Shown here: positions 8,395-17,365 of the stretch, piece by piece
Layout: each line of letters begins with the position of its first letter
Numbering within the stretch: position 1 is the stretch's first letter
Sequence record: CP099787.1
Strand: one strand, 5' to 3'
Length of the DNA stretch: 64,000 bases
Source of the DNA: a plasmid
The notes under the pieces: generated by a model
Database searches by the model: none
What the model was told of the DNA's origin: nothing
The model's input: the letters and a program-made list of their open reading frames with translations, nothing else
Translations under genes and position numbers: made by a program

Positions 8395-8883
8395 TTATAA
8401 ATTATTTTTCATAACCGAGTAAGTATATAACTGCTCCCAAGCCTCTAGTTTTAAAAACATCAGTGCTTTTTCATATGTAGCACCCTTAATATACATCCCT
8501 CCATCCTTGATCAATCCCTCTGACAAATTTTTCTCTATTTCATTTTGAGGTTCTAAATGCTCTTTTTTTAGGAAATCAATATGTTCTTGAATCACTAGGT
8601 TAAAGTTAATGCCTATATGGTTTAATCTTTCAGTCTGACTTAACTGATCATCATTTAAATCATAAGTAGTTAAAAAAGCTATCTCCTTGCTTCTAGCTAC
8701 ATTATGTTTTGCTACCGCAATGTAAAGTGAATGGCCTGTGACAATATTTGTGATTTTAGAATAATATGATTCAGGAAAATCTTTAATCAATTTCTTAGCA
8801 TTTGGATCTGTTGGCAAATTTTTATAATTTAGTTCTACAAATAGATAATTGTTTTTAAAACTTCTGTTTAAATTCATTTTCAT
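8395..8883 (-). CDS. hypothetical protein (about 162 aa)
   Basis: The ORF-track N-terminus is the translated leader; the true start is probably MKMNLNRS at 8883. Confidence 0.55.
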   Translation of the reverse strand: MKMNLNRSFKNNYLFVELNYKNLPTDPNAKKLIKDFPESYYSKITNIVTGHSLYIAVAKHNVARSKEIAFLTTYDLNDDQLSQTERLNHIGINFNLVIQEHIDFLKKEHLEPQNEIEKNLSEGLIKDGGMYIKGATYEKALMFLKLEAWEQLYTYSVMKNNL

Positions 8884-8886
8884 ACT

Positions 8887-8932
8887 CCATAAGCTTTTCA
8901 GCTCATCTATAGAAACCAGCCTATCCGATTTC
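8887..8932 (-). promoter_or_regulatory. conserved structured 5' leader (HP1 + HP2-SD)
   Basis: gaaatcggataggctggtttc ... gagctgaaaagcttatggag. Confidence 0.55.
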
Positions 8933-9017
8933 ACCCCTTAATTATACTACATTTCATGTCTTTTTATTAAGAAAAAACATATATTTAGTGTATTTTTTCG
9001 TGTTATAAAAGACATTT

Positions 9018-9442
9018 GCAGAGCAACGTGTCCACGTTGCGAACTGATGAAATTTGCGAGCATCCCCCTCCTTGATTACCGTTTCAAACTTCGAGCGAGT
9101 CAGTCAAAATCTGTGATTTTGACTAGACGACCGAAGAAGTGAAACTTCTCCCATTGGACCTTATCCGGTAATAACAAAGCAATCCCGCAGGGTTGCGACA
9201 AATAGCCCTCTAAATCGCTCTAATTGCCCCTAGATTCAATTTTAAAGATAAACAGCATCCGATCATGCTGCGTTAGGGATGTTGCCCGTAAGGGGCGAAA
9301 TACAAGCGTAAAAAAAGAGGATTTGAATCGAGTATTAAAATCAGGTTCAGGCTTTGCATGAAACTAGATTTTAAACTCGATGGATCCTCTTTTTCGCTTG
9401 GAGTTCGAGCGAAGCCAACTAGCCCGGCCCGTAGGGAACGCC
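9018..9442. repeat. about 425-bp structured repeat, copy B (full length)
   Basis: Identical to copy A except for one base. The listed ORF 9273..9455 lies inside it and is rejected as coding. Confidence 0.8.
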
Positions 9443-9499
9443 AAAATATTTCCAACAGATATTAAATTATTGTGAAGACACCTGGCTAATTACCACACA

Positions 9500-10036
9500 C
9501 TAAAGATCATGAATTTGTTTCTGATACCAAATTTTGTTTTCGGCTAGAGCTTGATTGAGACGTTTATTTTTAACTAAATCAAGTATTTCCTTTTGCTCAT
9601 GATAGGTTATAAGATTGTCTATCTTTGCTTTATTAATTATTTCTCTTACGTCAGGTTCATTCTTGTATTTTTCATAATAATGATTCGAAATTAGATCTTC
9701 CATTGCATCGTTTGAGACAGGTTTTTTTGCTAAATAATTATCTACACATTTTTTTAATGGTTGTGTATCTACACTTGATTTCAAGACATACCTTGTTTCC
9801 TTATTTAATTCAATTTTAACAAGCGAAAGTTGACTGATATTAATTACATCCATGCAATTATCGTAAATTTCTGAACTTAATTGATCAATTTCTAGCGACT
9901 CAATCGGATAATTGCTTGCTACATAATCTTTTATTTCTTTTTCTACAACCAATTTTTTTAAGGTATTAAGACTATCTTTTGTCATACAACCAGATAATAT
10001 CGAAGCAATGGCGATCATTACAGCTAGTTTTTTCAT
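9500..10036 (-). CDS. lipoprotein (signal peptide + lipobox LSGC); paralog of 10086..10640
   Basis: The N-terminus is MKKLAVMIAIASILSGC. A shared C-terminal block CVD(N/D)YL(A/V)K(K/T)P(V/I)S...NEPDVR..I(N/D)(K/N)AK(I/A)D(N/H)LI(T/S)Y is visible against the paralog. Confidence 0.65.
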   Translation of the reverse strand: MKKLAVMIAIASILSGCMTKDSLNTLKKLVVEKEIKDYVASNYPIESLEIDQLSSEIYDNCMDVINISQLSLVKIELNKETRYVLKSSVDTQPLKKCVDNYLAKKPVSNDAMEDLISNHYYEKYKNEPDVREIINKAKIDNLITYHEQKEILDLVKNKRLNQALAENKIWYQKQIHDL

Positions 10037-10085
10037 CAAATTCTCCTAAAGCTCTTCAGCTCTTTAATGCTCTGATAAGCTACTT

Positions 10086-10640
10086 TTAAAGACTTTGAAA
10101 GTCATGTTGGTATGCAGCTTTACCCAAATCAATTTCATGGTCGTAATGTTTCTTCAACACTAGTCCAAGTATTGTCTGGTATTCATAATAGCTGATTAAA
10201 TGATCAGCTTTAGCGTTATCAATTAACGAACGTACTTCAGGATCATTTTTGAATTGCTCAACTCTTGTATCCTCTTTCAGATTTTTCATTGACTCTTCTG
10301 AAATTGGGGTTTTTACCAAATAATCGTCAACACATGATTTGAGATCATTAATATTCACATCTTTATCTAAAACATATTCAGACTCGATACTTCTGATAGA
10401 TAATTTAACCCTCTGTTTCTTGATCATCCTTTTATTAATATTCAAATATTTACTACAAGTACTATATATCGATGGAGTTACATTTTTTATGTCGCTTATT
10501 ACAATCATCGAATATTGATCTTGAAGGTACGTATTGATAGTTTTTTCTACAATTTCTTCTTTTGCAAAAGCAAAATCTTCGTCACTCATGCACCCGGATA
10601 AAGCTAATACCAGGGCAAATATTAGAGGTATATTTTTCAT
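10086..10640 (-). CDS. lipoprotein; paralog of 9500..10036
   Basis: The true start is the ATG at 10640 (MKNIPLIFALVLALSGC). An HP2-SD leader precedes it. Confidence 0.65.
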   Translation of the reverse strand: MKNIPLIFALVLALSGCMSDEDFAFAKEEIVEKTINTYLQDQYSMIVISDIKNVTPSIYSTCSKYLNINKRMIKKQRVKLSIRSIESEYVLDKDVNINDLKSCVDDYLVKTPISEESMKNLKEDTRVEQFKNDPEVRSLIDNAKADHLISYYEYQTILGLVLKKHYDHEIDLGKAAYQHDFQSL

Positions 10641-10720
10641 CAGTATCACCTTAAGCCTTAGAGCTCCAGTATGAAAATTAAGTCCTATCTAGACTGATAA
10701 GACCTATTTAAAGCTGAACA

Positions 10721-11230
10721 TTAAATTTTTTTATTTGGCCTAATAACAATTTGAGCCAAAGTATCCTGGGATCTATCAATTATGTTTTCGGAAATATTCA
10801 ATACTTTTAAAGCCTCAAGTCCAAAATAACTTCTCACATAATTATTCCCGTCAGATGTTGTTAAGAATCTTAAAGTGTCAATTGCAGCAACAAAAAAGAG
10901 TATCTGAAAAGTGATTTCCGCTAATTGCCCTAAATAAGCATAACGTTCATGATTTGATGCGCTTTCTAACGCACCAACAATTTTCTGGATATCATCAAAG
11001 GGAATCATAATTGAGCAACATAGAATACCCATGATGAAAAAAGCAGGAAGGAGTTCAAGGCATTTACTAAAAGCATTCAGAAAATGCATCACTAATGGCC
11101 AAACATGTTTTTTTAAAAAAACTAAATCCGTATAAGCCTTCTTTACAATACTGAAGTATTCTTTAGCAGATAAAGTTCCAACAATTTCATTATTGAAGTC
11201 AACAGCATAGCTAAATTTAGATTTATTCAT
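10721..11230 (-). CDS. membrane protein (about 169 aa)
   Basis: The true start is probably MNKSKF at 11230, after the HP2-SD. It contains hydrophobic helices. Confidence 0.5.
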   Translation of the reverse strand: MNKSKFSYAVDFNNEIVGTLSAKEYFSIVKKAYTDLVFLKKHVWPLVMHFLNAFSKCLELLPAFFIMGILCCSIMIPFDDIQKIVGALESASNHERYAYLGQLAEITFQILFFVAAIDTLRFLTTSDGNNYVRSYFGLEALKVLNISENIIDRSQDTLAQIVIRPNKKI

Positions 11231-11269
11231 AACCTCTCCATAAGCCCTTCGGCTCGTTAAATAATTCAA

Positions 11270-11899
11270 TTATTTATTATCAACTTTTTCACAGTATGCT
11301 TTGATCTTTGCAAAGTCTTTATTTGATAGGTTTTCAATGTCATTAGACTTATGACCATTCTCTTTTAACCAGGTTTTGCAATCGACAACGATTTCTTTTG
11401 TTTCAACTGAAGAGTTTGATGCATGACTATTTGAAGAGCCGGACACGATCCAAGCTAACAACATCCAAGTCATCCAATCATTTGAAGATTTATACTTTTG
11501 ATGTTGTTCATGTTTAAATCTATCATAGCTGCTTAGGCTATTATTTTGCACCGGATACGGTTTTTGAACAGCTTGTTTTACTTCAGTACTTTTCACTACC
11601 GGTTTAACTGTTTTGGTTGTCGGATTAGATTTGGAGGTGGTATTAGCCACTGGTTTATATGTGGTGGTTGCTGAAGGTTTAGAAGGTGTGTAGCTTGGTT
11701 TACTTATGCTACTACTTGGTCGAGAAGTATAGGAGCTCGGAGAGCTTGAAGAATATGATTTACTACTCGATGATGATGAATACGAGCTTCTGCTTGATGA
11801 AGAGCTGTAACTAGATCTAGAAGCAGCATAGCTGGTAGAAACTAATGTTGAAACACTTAAACCAACTACAACAGCTTTAATAAAATAATTAATTTTCAT
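11270..11899 (-). CDS. secreted Ser-rich low-complexity protein (209 aa)
   Basis: Signal peptide MKINYFIKAVVVGLSVSTLVSTSYA followed by SRSSYSSSSS repeats. SD is aagagga. Confidence 0.55.
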   Translation of the reverse strand: MKINYFIKAVVVGLSVSTLVSTSYAASRSSYSSSSSRSSYSSSSSSKSYSSSSPSSYTSRPSSSISKPSYTPSKPSATTTYKPVANTTSKSNPTTKTVKPVVKSTEVKQAVQKPYPVQNNSLSSYDRFKHEQHQKYKSSNDWMTWMLLAWIVSGSSNSHASNSSVETKEIVVDCKTWLKENGHKSNDIENLSNKDFAKIKAYCEKVDNK

Positions 11900-12070
11900 A
11901 GGTAATCCTCTTAACTTAATACCCGGTGCATAACATTGAATGATCTATTGGGTTTTCAACTTTTGGATCTAAAATTTGATCACAAAGTGAACAATGGTAC
12001 TTCTCTGCCTTAATGAGAATTTTTTTGACATTCCCGCCTAAGCCTAAAGACAATATGTCTTCTTCCTTTT

Positions 12071-12643
12071 TTACTTCTGGATGCTTTGTTTCCATGTAAA
12101 TGCCTCCTGAGCTTTAATCGAAATATCAAGGTCAACTAATAACAAACTCAATTTATTCTTTGTTGTTCGTAAATCCTCGATACTACTTATTGAAATTTCA
12201 TCTGTTTTATTTTTATCGCTAGTAAAATTACCCATTTTTAAAATTTCAGAAATTTGATTATTAAAATCCCATCTAATAATTAAAATATCATGTACTATTA
12301 GCTTGTTACTCTTTCTCAATTTTGCCTTAACATTCTCAACATATTCTGGATAAACAGATAATATGTTTATTAGAGTTAAAACCCCATCATCCGTTAGCTT
12401 TCTTGAAAGATCCTCAATTTTATTAATCTTTATCATAAAAGTTGCAAAAGTTAATCCAGCTAAAGCAATTGAAGCTAGTTTCAAGGTATATGTGACTTCA
12501 TCTATAAAAAAATTCTGATTAAATGCGAATATTAAAAATACTATTGACACCAATATTGCGAGCCAATAATTATTCAACAATTCTTTAAAATTCATTTTGA
12601 AGAAATCTTTAGATGTAGGAGAATTCAATAATAAATTTTCCAT
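12071..12643 (-). CDS. membrane protein (190 aa)
   Basis: ORF with an SD aagaggtag and two predicted TM helices. Confidence 0.5.
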   Translation of the reverse strand: MENLLLNSPTSKDFFKMNFKELLNNYWLAILVSIVFLIFAFNQNFFIDEVTYTLKLASIALAGLTFATFMIKINKIEDLSRKLTDDGVLTLINILSVYPEYVENVKAKLRKSNKLIVHDILIIRWDFNNQISEILKMGNFTSDKNKTDEISISSIEDLRTTKNKLSLLLVDLDISIKAQEAFTWKQSIQK

Positions 12644-12647
12644 ATTT

Positions 12648-12905
12648 CTACCTCTTTTTTAAAATTTGACTATTATTTGAAGGGCATACCCAACCTTTTA
12701 TTTCAGTTGATGTACCGTCTTTCGGAGAAGTTATATAACCTACTGTTTTATATAAGCATGGCTCACCTTGAGCACTAACTTTAGGCCATAAAGCTGCTTG
12801 GATATGATCAAAATGTTTAATGAAAACAAATATAAAGAAGAGAAAAATAGCTATTATAAAAATAGTAGCTATTTTATTTTCAAAGCAATGTAGTTCACTT
12901 TTCAT
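12648..12905 (-). CDS. small membrane protein (85 aa)
   Basis: HP2-SD leader upstream and an N-terminal TM helix. Confidence 0.5.
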   Translation of the reverse strand: MKSELHCFENKIATIFIIAIFLFFIFVFIKHFDHIQAALWPKVSAQGEPCLYKTVGYITSPKDGTSTEIKGWVCPSNNSQILKKR

Positions 12906-13009
12906 GAGAACACCTTAAGCTTTTCAGCTCATCAATCTATTAATACTTTCAGTACCAATAATACAATATATCGGATTATATTTTAATCATTTTATTTAAA
13001 AATTAATCC

Positions 13010-14290
13010 TTAATTATGCTTATAATATGGCTCAATCATTTTTCTAATTTTATTTCTCAGTTCATATTGCCTTAATTCAGATAAACCGTTAAGTATGCCA
13101 AAAGGGATTAAAATAAATAAAAACCAATAAACTACGGCTTTATAATAAAAGTTCCAAAAGCCACTAAAATTATCATTCTTTTTTGTGATTCCTAAAGCAT
13201 ACTCATACGAATACTTAATATCAGGATTAATAGAAAAAGTAATATCATCCCTTTTTAAATCTGCTAACTGCAAAAGTATGGTATAACCTTTTTGAATAGC
13301 CTCCCTATTCTGTGGTGTCAAAGTTCGTGAACCGTTCAAATATTCTACTAAAACGTCCTGTGATTTATTATATGTTTGAACCGTACTTTCATAATTTTTT
13401 AGAAAGAATTCTTTGTTATGTTTTCCTATTGTTGAAGAAGGATTTGAACCATTCACCATGTTATAAACATCAAGTGCTGCAAAATGAACTGGTTCTTTAA
13501 TTTCGCTTTTATTATCACCTAACGTTAGTAATCCCGCTACAAGAAGAACAAGTACAAAAATTATGACGCAAACATAATTTACTAAAGATAAGTCTCTGAT
13601 ATTGAATTTGTCATATTTTTCAGGGTCTTTAGAAATTTCTATCAGGGCCTTATTATCACTCTGTAAAGCTTTAATAGAATAATTGGTGTTCCACATATCC
13701 CCGTGTGTCTTCGCTATATCAAAGTTACCCAATTTATCTTTAGCAAGATTAATAGCCATATCGAAAGACTTAAGGCTTAAGTCATTGTTCACAATTTGCA
13801 GGCTATTTAAATCATTAAGCTTAGATAGCTTTTTATACTCATCTTCATTATCAGAAGTCAGTTCACTTAATTTCTTTTGTAAGACCTCTCTAAGTCTTTG
13901 ACGTAATTCAAAGTTCCTTTGATACTTTTGTTTTTCAGCAATACAACCTTCGATAAGTTCTTTAAGTTTTCGCTCTGTATTTTCATACTGCTTAAGAATT
14001 AAAGGTAGTACATATTTAGCTTTCTGTATTGCTTGTATATGTTTATAAACTAGTTCTTTATCGTAGACGTATAGAATAGATCTCTTACTTTTTTCAAATT
14101 GTTGAAATGTGAATGAAGACATTACGTTAAAGTAATCTTCATGGATTACACCCATTTTATATCCGCAATCTTGTAAGGTCGTAAGGGATTGCGGATGACC
14201 TGGTAAATCCTGAATTTCACTTAATAATGAGTCTAGTTCGTTTTCATTAATGAAATTTGTTTTTAATGCAGATAAGTACTTAGTGTTCAT
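13010..14290 (-). CDS. hypothetical protein with TM segments (426 aa)
   Basis: A long ORF with the 16-bp palindrome about 35 bp upstream. Confidence 0.55.
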   Translation of the reverse strand: MNTKYLSALKTNFINENELDSLLSEIQDLPGHPQSLTTLQDCGYKMGVIHEDYFNVMSSFTFQQFEKSKRSILYVYDKELVYKHIQAIQKAKYVLPLILKQYENTERKLKELIEGCIAEKQKYQRNFELRQRLREVLQKKLSELTSDNEDEYKKLSKLNDLNSLQIVNNDLSLKSFDMAINLAKDKLGNFDIAKTHGDMWNTNYSIKALQSDNKALIEISKDPEKYDKFNIRDLSLVNYVCVIIFVLVLLVAGLLTLGDNKSEIKEPVHFAALDVYNMVNGSNPSSTIGKHNKEFFLKNYESTVQTYNKSQDVLVEYLNGSRTLTPQNREAIQKGYTILLQLADLKRDDITFSINPDIKYSYEYALGITKKNDNFSGFWNFYYKAVVYWFLFILIPFGILNGLSELRQYELRNKIRKMIEPYYKHN

Positions 14291-14302
14291 AACATTTCCC
14301 CG

Positions 14303-15406
14303 TTAATCTGCACTGATTTTTAATTGTTGCGGATCCGCAACGACCAGGCTTTTGAGCTGATCATTTAATTGTTGTGCCTGTAATTGTGTTTCTTTTCGCT
14401 TCTGAGCTGAAGTTTTGTTGATTGCCATAACTTCTTCAAAAGCAGTTAATGTATCAAGCTGCACCTTCTGAAGTGTCTCAATATCTATAACTTGGCGGTT
14501 GCTTTGTTTTGCAATATGAATTGAAGTTTCTTTAAAATCTTTCGCGCTTTCTAGAAGTGTTTCATTTGTGAAATTATCAATTTCCTCACCTAATTGTGAG
14601 TATTTCTTTTGATCTAAAATATTCAAGGCCAACATTAATTGTCTTTGCCAGGCTGGAATAGTTAAGCCAGATATAGTTTGGAACTTTTCAATTAACGCAA
14701 TATTATTGTTCTGCAAAAAAGTAATCTGAGGCAACGTTTGTAAGGCACTTAATCTCAACAATTCTAGATCCGTAATACGCTTATCTAAACGCTCTAAGAT
14801 TTGTGAATATGCATTTGCTCTTTGCTTTGCTAGATCTGTACCTTCACTGTTAAGTGACTCAATCAAGCCAATAAGCTCATTTTTTTTATATCGACCAGCT
14901 ATGACAGCAAAACCTAGTTGAGTATAAACAGAAATTGTATGCTCAAATAATTTCGTCAAGCTATCATTATTTAATTGCAACCCTTTTTGAGCTTCTGCTA
15001 CTTGCAATAAATTATCATTTAATTGTGATTCTACTGTCTTAAATTTAGTAATAAGCCTGTCTTTTGAATTACCAATTTTTGCTAACAGCCCCCCTATCAA
15101 CGGTATATTTGATTTATCACTACCAATGGAAAAGTCTGTTCTTTTTAATTTTACAGTAATATCCGTCATTAATTCTCCCATAACTCCCAACTGATCATTA
15201 GTAACTAATGACAGCATTTGGTTAGAAAGATCAGCTAACGAATCACGGTTATTAGCCCCCAACTCAAGTACCTTTTGTGGGTTCTTAATTAGATCTAAGT
15301 TTTCAACTATTGCTAAAACTTCATCTTTTCTATCAATATCAAGATCAAGTTTTTCCATTTCATTTTCAATTGAAAATACTTGTGTTGTTAATTCATTATT
15401 TAGCAT
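14303..15406 (-). CDS. alpha-helical protein, possibly TelA-like (toxic-anion-resistance family); tentative
   Basis: A 367-aa Leu/Glu/Lys/Gln-rich helical protein of about the right size, preceded by an HP2-like leader. The assignment rests only on compositional and length resemblance. Confidence 0.35.
   Translation of the reverse strand: MLNNELTTQVFSIENEMEKLDLDIDRKDEVLAIVENLDLIKNPQKVLELGANNRDSLADLSNQMLSLVTNDQLGVMGELMTDITVKLKRTDFSIGSDKSNIPLIGGLLAKIGNSKDRLITKFKTVESQLNDNLLQVAEAQKGLQLNNDSLTKLFEHTISVYTQLGFAVIAGRYKKNELIGLIESLNSEGTDLAKQRANAYSQILERLDKRITDLELLRLSALQTLPQITFLQNNNIALIEKFQTISGLTIPAWQRQLMLALNILDQKKYSQLGEEIDNFTNETLLESAKDFKETSIHIAKQSNRQVIDIETLQKVQLDTLTAFEEVMAINKTSAQKRKETQLQAQQLNDQLKSLVVADPQQLKISAD
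14326..14341. repeat. 16-bp palindrome GTTGCGGATCCGCAAC
   Basis: Read directly from the sequence. Confidence 0.85.
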
Positions 15407-15441
15407 TTTAAAACTCCTTAAGTCTTACGACTCGCAATTAC

Positions 15442-15720
15442 TCACCAGTTTATTAACTGAAGAAAAAGATTAAACGTTGTAAAGAGAACCATTGCAATGG
15501 TAGAAATTAGAAGAAGCAAAGAGATTGTACTATCATCATCATCACCATAAATCAAAGATATAAAATAAAGTCCAAAGCTAAGTATTATTAGAATAATATT
15601 TCTAAATACTACTTCGTCCCATATATACCTAATGAAAAATATTAAAGCAGCGTATGCAAGTAGGACGATTAAAACTCCGATCGAGAACCGAAGGATTTTG
15701 GCAAGTTTTTTCATAAACAC
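15442..15720 (-). CDS. small membrane protein (92 aa)
   Basis: HP2-SD leader upstream and two TM helices. Confidence 0.5.
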   Translation of the reverse strand: MFMKKLAKILRFSIGVLIVLLAYAALIFFIRYIWDEVVFRNIILIILSFGLYFISLIYGDDDDSTISLLLLISTIAMVLFTTFNLFLQLINW

Positions 15721-15752
15721 CTCAAGCTTTGCAGCTCTACTTTCAACATATT

Positions 15753-15986
15753 TTATTTAACCGGATATACGGGTAATTGTCCTTTTTCACAGCTATAGGA
15801 TCTTCGCTCTTTTACCTCTGAACCAAACTTAACGCTAATAATTTCGTTACCAGCATCATGTTTTAAACGCTTAAGTACTTCTTTTTTACACTCTTGTTCT
15901 GATTGGAACGGTATCGTATAAACAGCATGTTTATTCGGAGAGAAAATATTAATAACCAAGAACCAGGCACTAACCCATTTAACCAT
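15753..15986 (-). CDS. hypothetical small protein (77 aa)
   Basis: ORF in the operon immediately after 16001..17230; the SD is weak. Confidence 0.4.
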   Translation of the reverse strand: MVKWVSAWFLVINIFSPNKHAVYTIPFQSEQECKKEVLKRLKHDAGNEIISVKFGSEVKERRSYSCEKGQLPVYPVK

Positions 15987-16000
15987 TTTTTAATCACTAC

Positions 16001-17230
16001 TTATAAAGATGACCAATAAACCAACTGCCCAGGTACTTCTTTCTTTTTCCAAAATAAGTTGTCCGGCAAGTACTCTTCACTTAAATAACAAACTGCGTAA
16101 AGTATTTCTGCATAGCAGTGAAGTTTTGTTTCACTTCTTGAATAAGCTGAGAATGTAGGTGTATTTAATAGTGCATAACCGTTTGAAGTAACGGTATATT
16201 TATGTCTACTATCAACTATGTTTGTTCCATACAATTGCATTGCATAATCTAAAGTATCTGGTTGAAATACAGGAAAACCGGATACATAACGGTTTCTTAA
16301 ATCGTCATCTACTGTTTTTGGATCCGCCTCATATAACCAATAGGTATTTTCTGGTACAAAATCACAAATTGATTTCTGATAAACAAGTCCAGTTGCAATG
16401 CGTATATCTTCATTAAGTATATAATTTCGTACTTGATTGGCAGCACTTGGACTCTCACAGCTAATAATTAAATGTAGAGCTAATTTTCCATTGCTCTGAT
16501 CAACTTGGCCGACACCTACGTTTGTACGTGTTCTTGGATATTTAATTACTTTCTCACGCACTGAGACATTTTGATTTTTTTCAGTACCAGAAATTCCAAT
16601 CGCAAAATCAACTTTTTGGCCTGTCTTTAATTCAACATAATTAAAGAAGCTCGCAATAGATGTGACACTTGGTAAACCTGTTGCTATTAAATTACTGCTT
16701 AAATTAGCATCATCAATAAAAACAGTTAAACAAAACTCATCATCAGGTAGTTTTGATTTACTAAATTCAATAGGTCTTAAAGTAATTTCAGGTGTATTAA
16801 AGCTATTAATTTTTCCCTGTGAAATCTCAATTAACTCATTGTAATCAGAAAAGGATCTTTCTCGATCTTCAACTGTTACTTCTAAAAGTGCATTCCCATA
16901 GTCTTTATTTCTCTTATTAAGCTCATAGTAAATCCCAATTGCTGGCATCGGTGTGATTGCAACCGGCCCTAAGTCTTTAAGTGGAATTGAAACCTGCTTA
17001 ACTTTAGAATCAACTAGATCAGGAATACCCTTAAACGTTGCACAATTTAATTCCTTAAAACAATTTTTACGCAAGCTTACAGTTTTAGAGCTTATATAGT
17101 TTAACGGTATATCAAATTGGATTTCTGCATAGATTGGACTATGCATAGACTTCTTATGGAACAAAGCTGGTGAGTGTGTAGCCTGTTTTGCTGTAGCAAG
17201 GAATTCTTCAGTATTAAAATTAATATTCAT
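16001..17230 (-). CDS. hypothetical protein (409 aa)
   Basis: A long ORF preceded by an HP2-SD leader plus a 17-codon upstream ORF. Confidence 0.55.
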   Translation of the reverse strand: MNINFNTEEFLATAKQATHSPALFHKKSMHSPIYAEIQFDIPLNYISSKTVSLRKNCFKELNCATFKGIPDLVDSKVKQVSIPLKDLGPVAITPMPAIGIYYELNKRNKDYGNALLEVTVEDRERSFSDYNELIEISQGKINSFNTPEITLRPIEFSKSKLPDDEFCLTVFIDDANLSSNLIATGLPSVTSIASFFNYVELKTGQKVDFAIGISGTEKNQNVSVREKVIKYPRTRTNVGVGQVDQSNGKLALHLIISCESPSAANQVRNYILNEDIRIATGLVYQKSICDFVPENTYWLYEADPKTVDDDLRNRYVSGFPVFQPDTLDYAMQLYGTNIVDSRHKYTVTSNGYALLNTPTFSAYSRSETKLHCYAEILYAVCYLSEEYLPDNLFWKKKEVPGQLVYWSSL

Positions 17231-17231
17231 T

Positions 17232-17285
17232 TTAATCCTCGCTTTTAAATGTAATTAAACACATGTTGCAAGCTAACGATTTCAT
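17232..17285 (-). CDS. candidate 17-aa upstream ORF / leader peptide MKSLACNMCLITFKSED
   Basis: It starts 7 nt after the HP2-SD leader. Its stop is 1 nt before the SD/ATG of the 409-aa gene. Confidence 0.3.
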   Translation of the reverse strand: MKSLACNMCLITFKSED

Positions 17286-17365
17286 AGTTTCTCCTTAAGC
17301 TCTTCAGCTCTATAGCTTTTTGAATTATTAAATAAACAAGGAGGTCGCCCCCCTTGTTAGTTGTT

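Noticed and set aside
9273-9455. 60-aa ORF inside repeat copy B
   Set aside because: It lies wholly within the GC-rich structured repeat, which recurs identically in non-coding contexts. No RBS is present, and the frame is an artefact of the repeat's composition.
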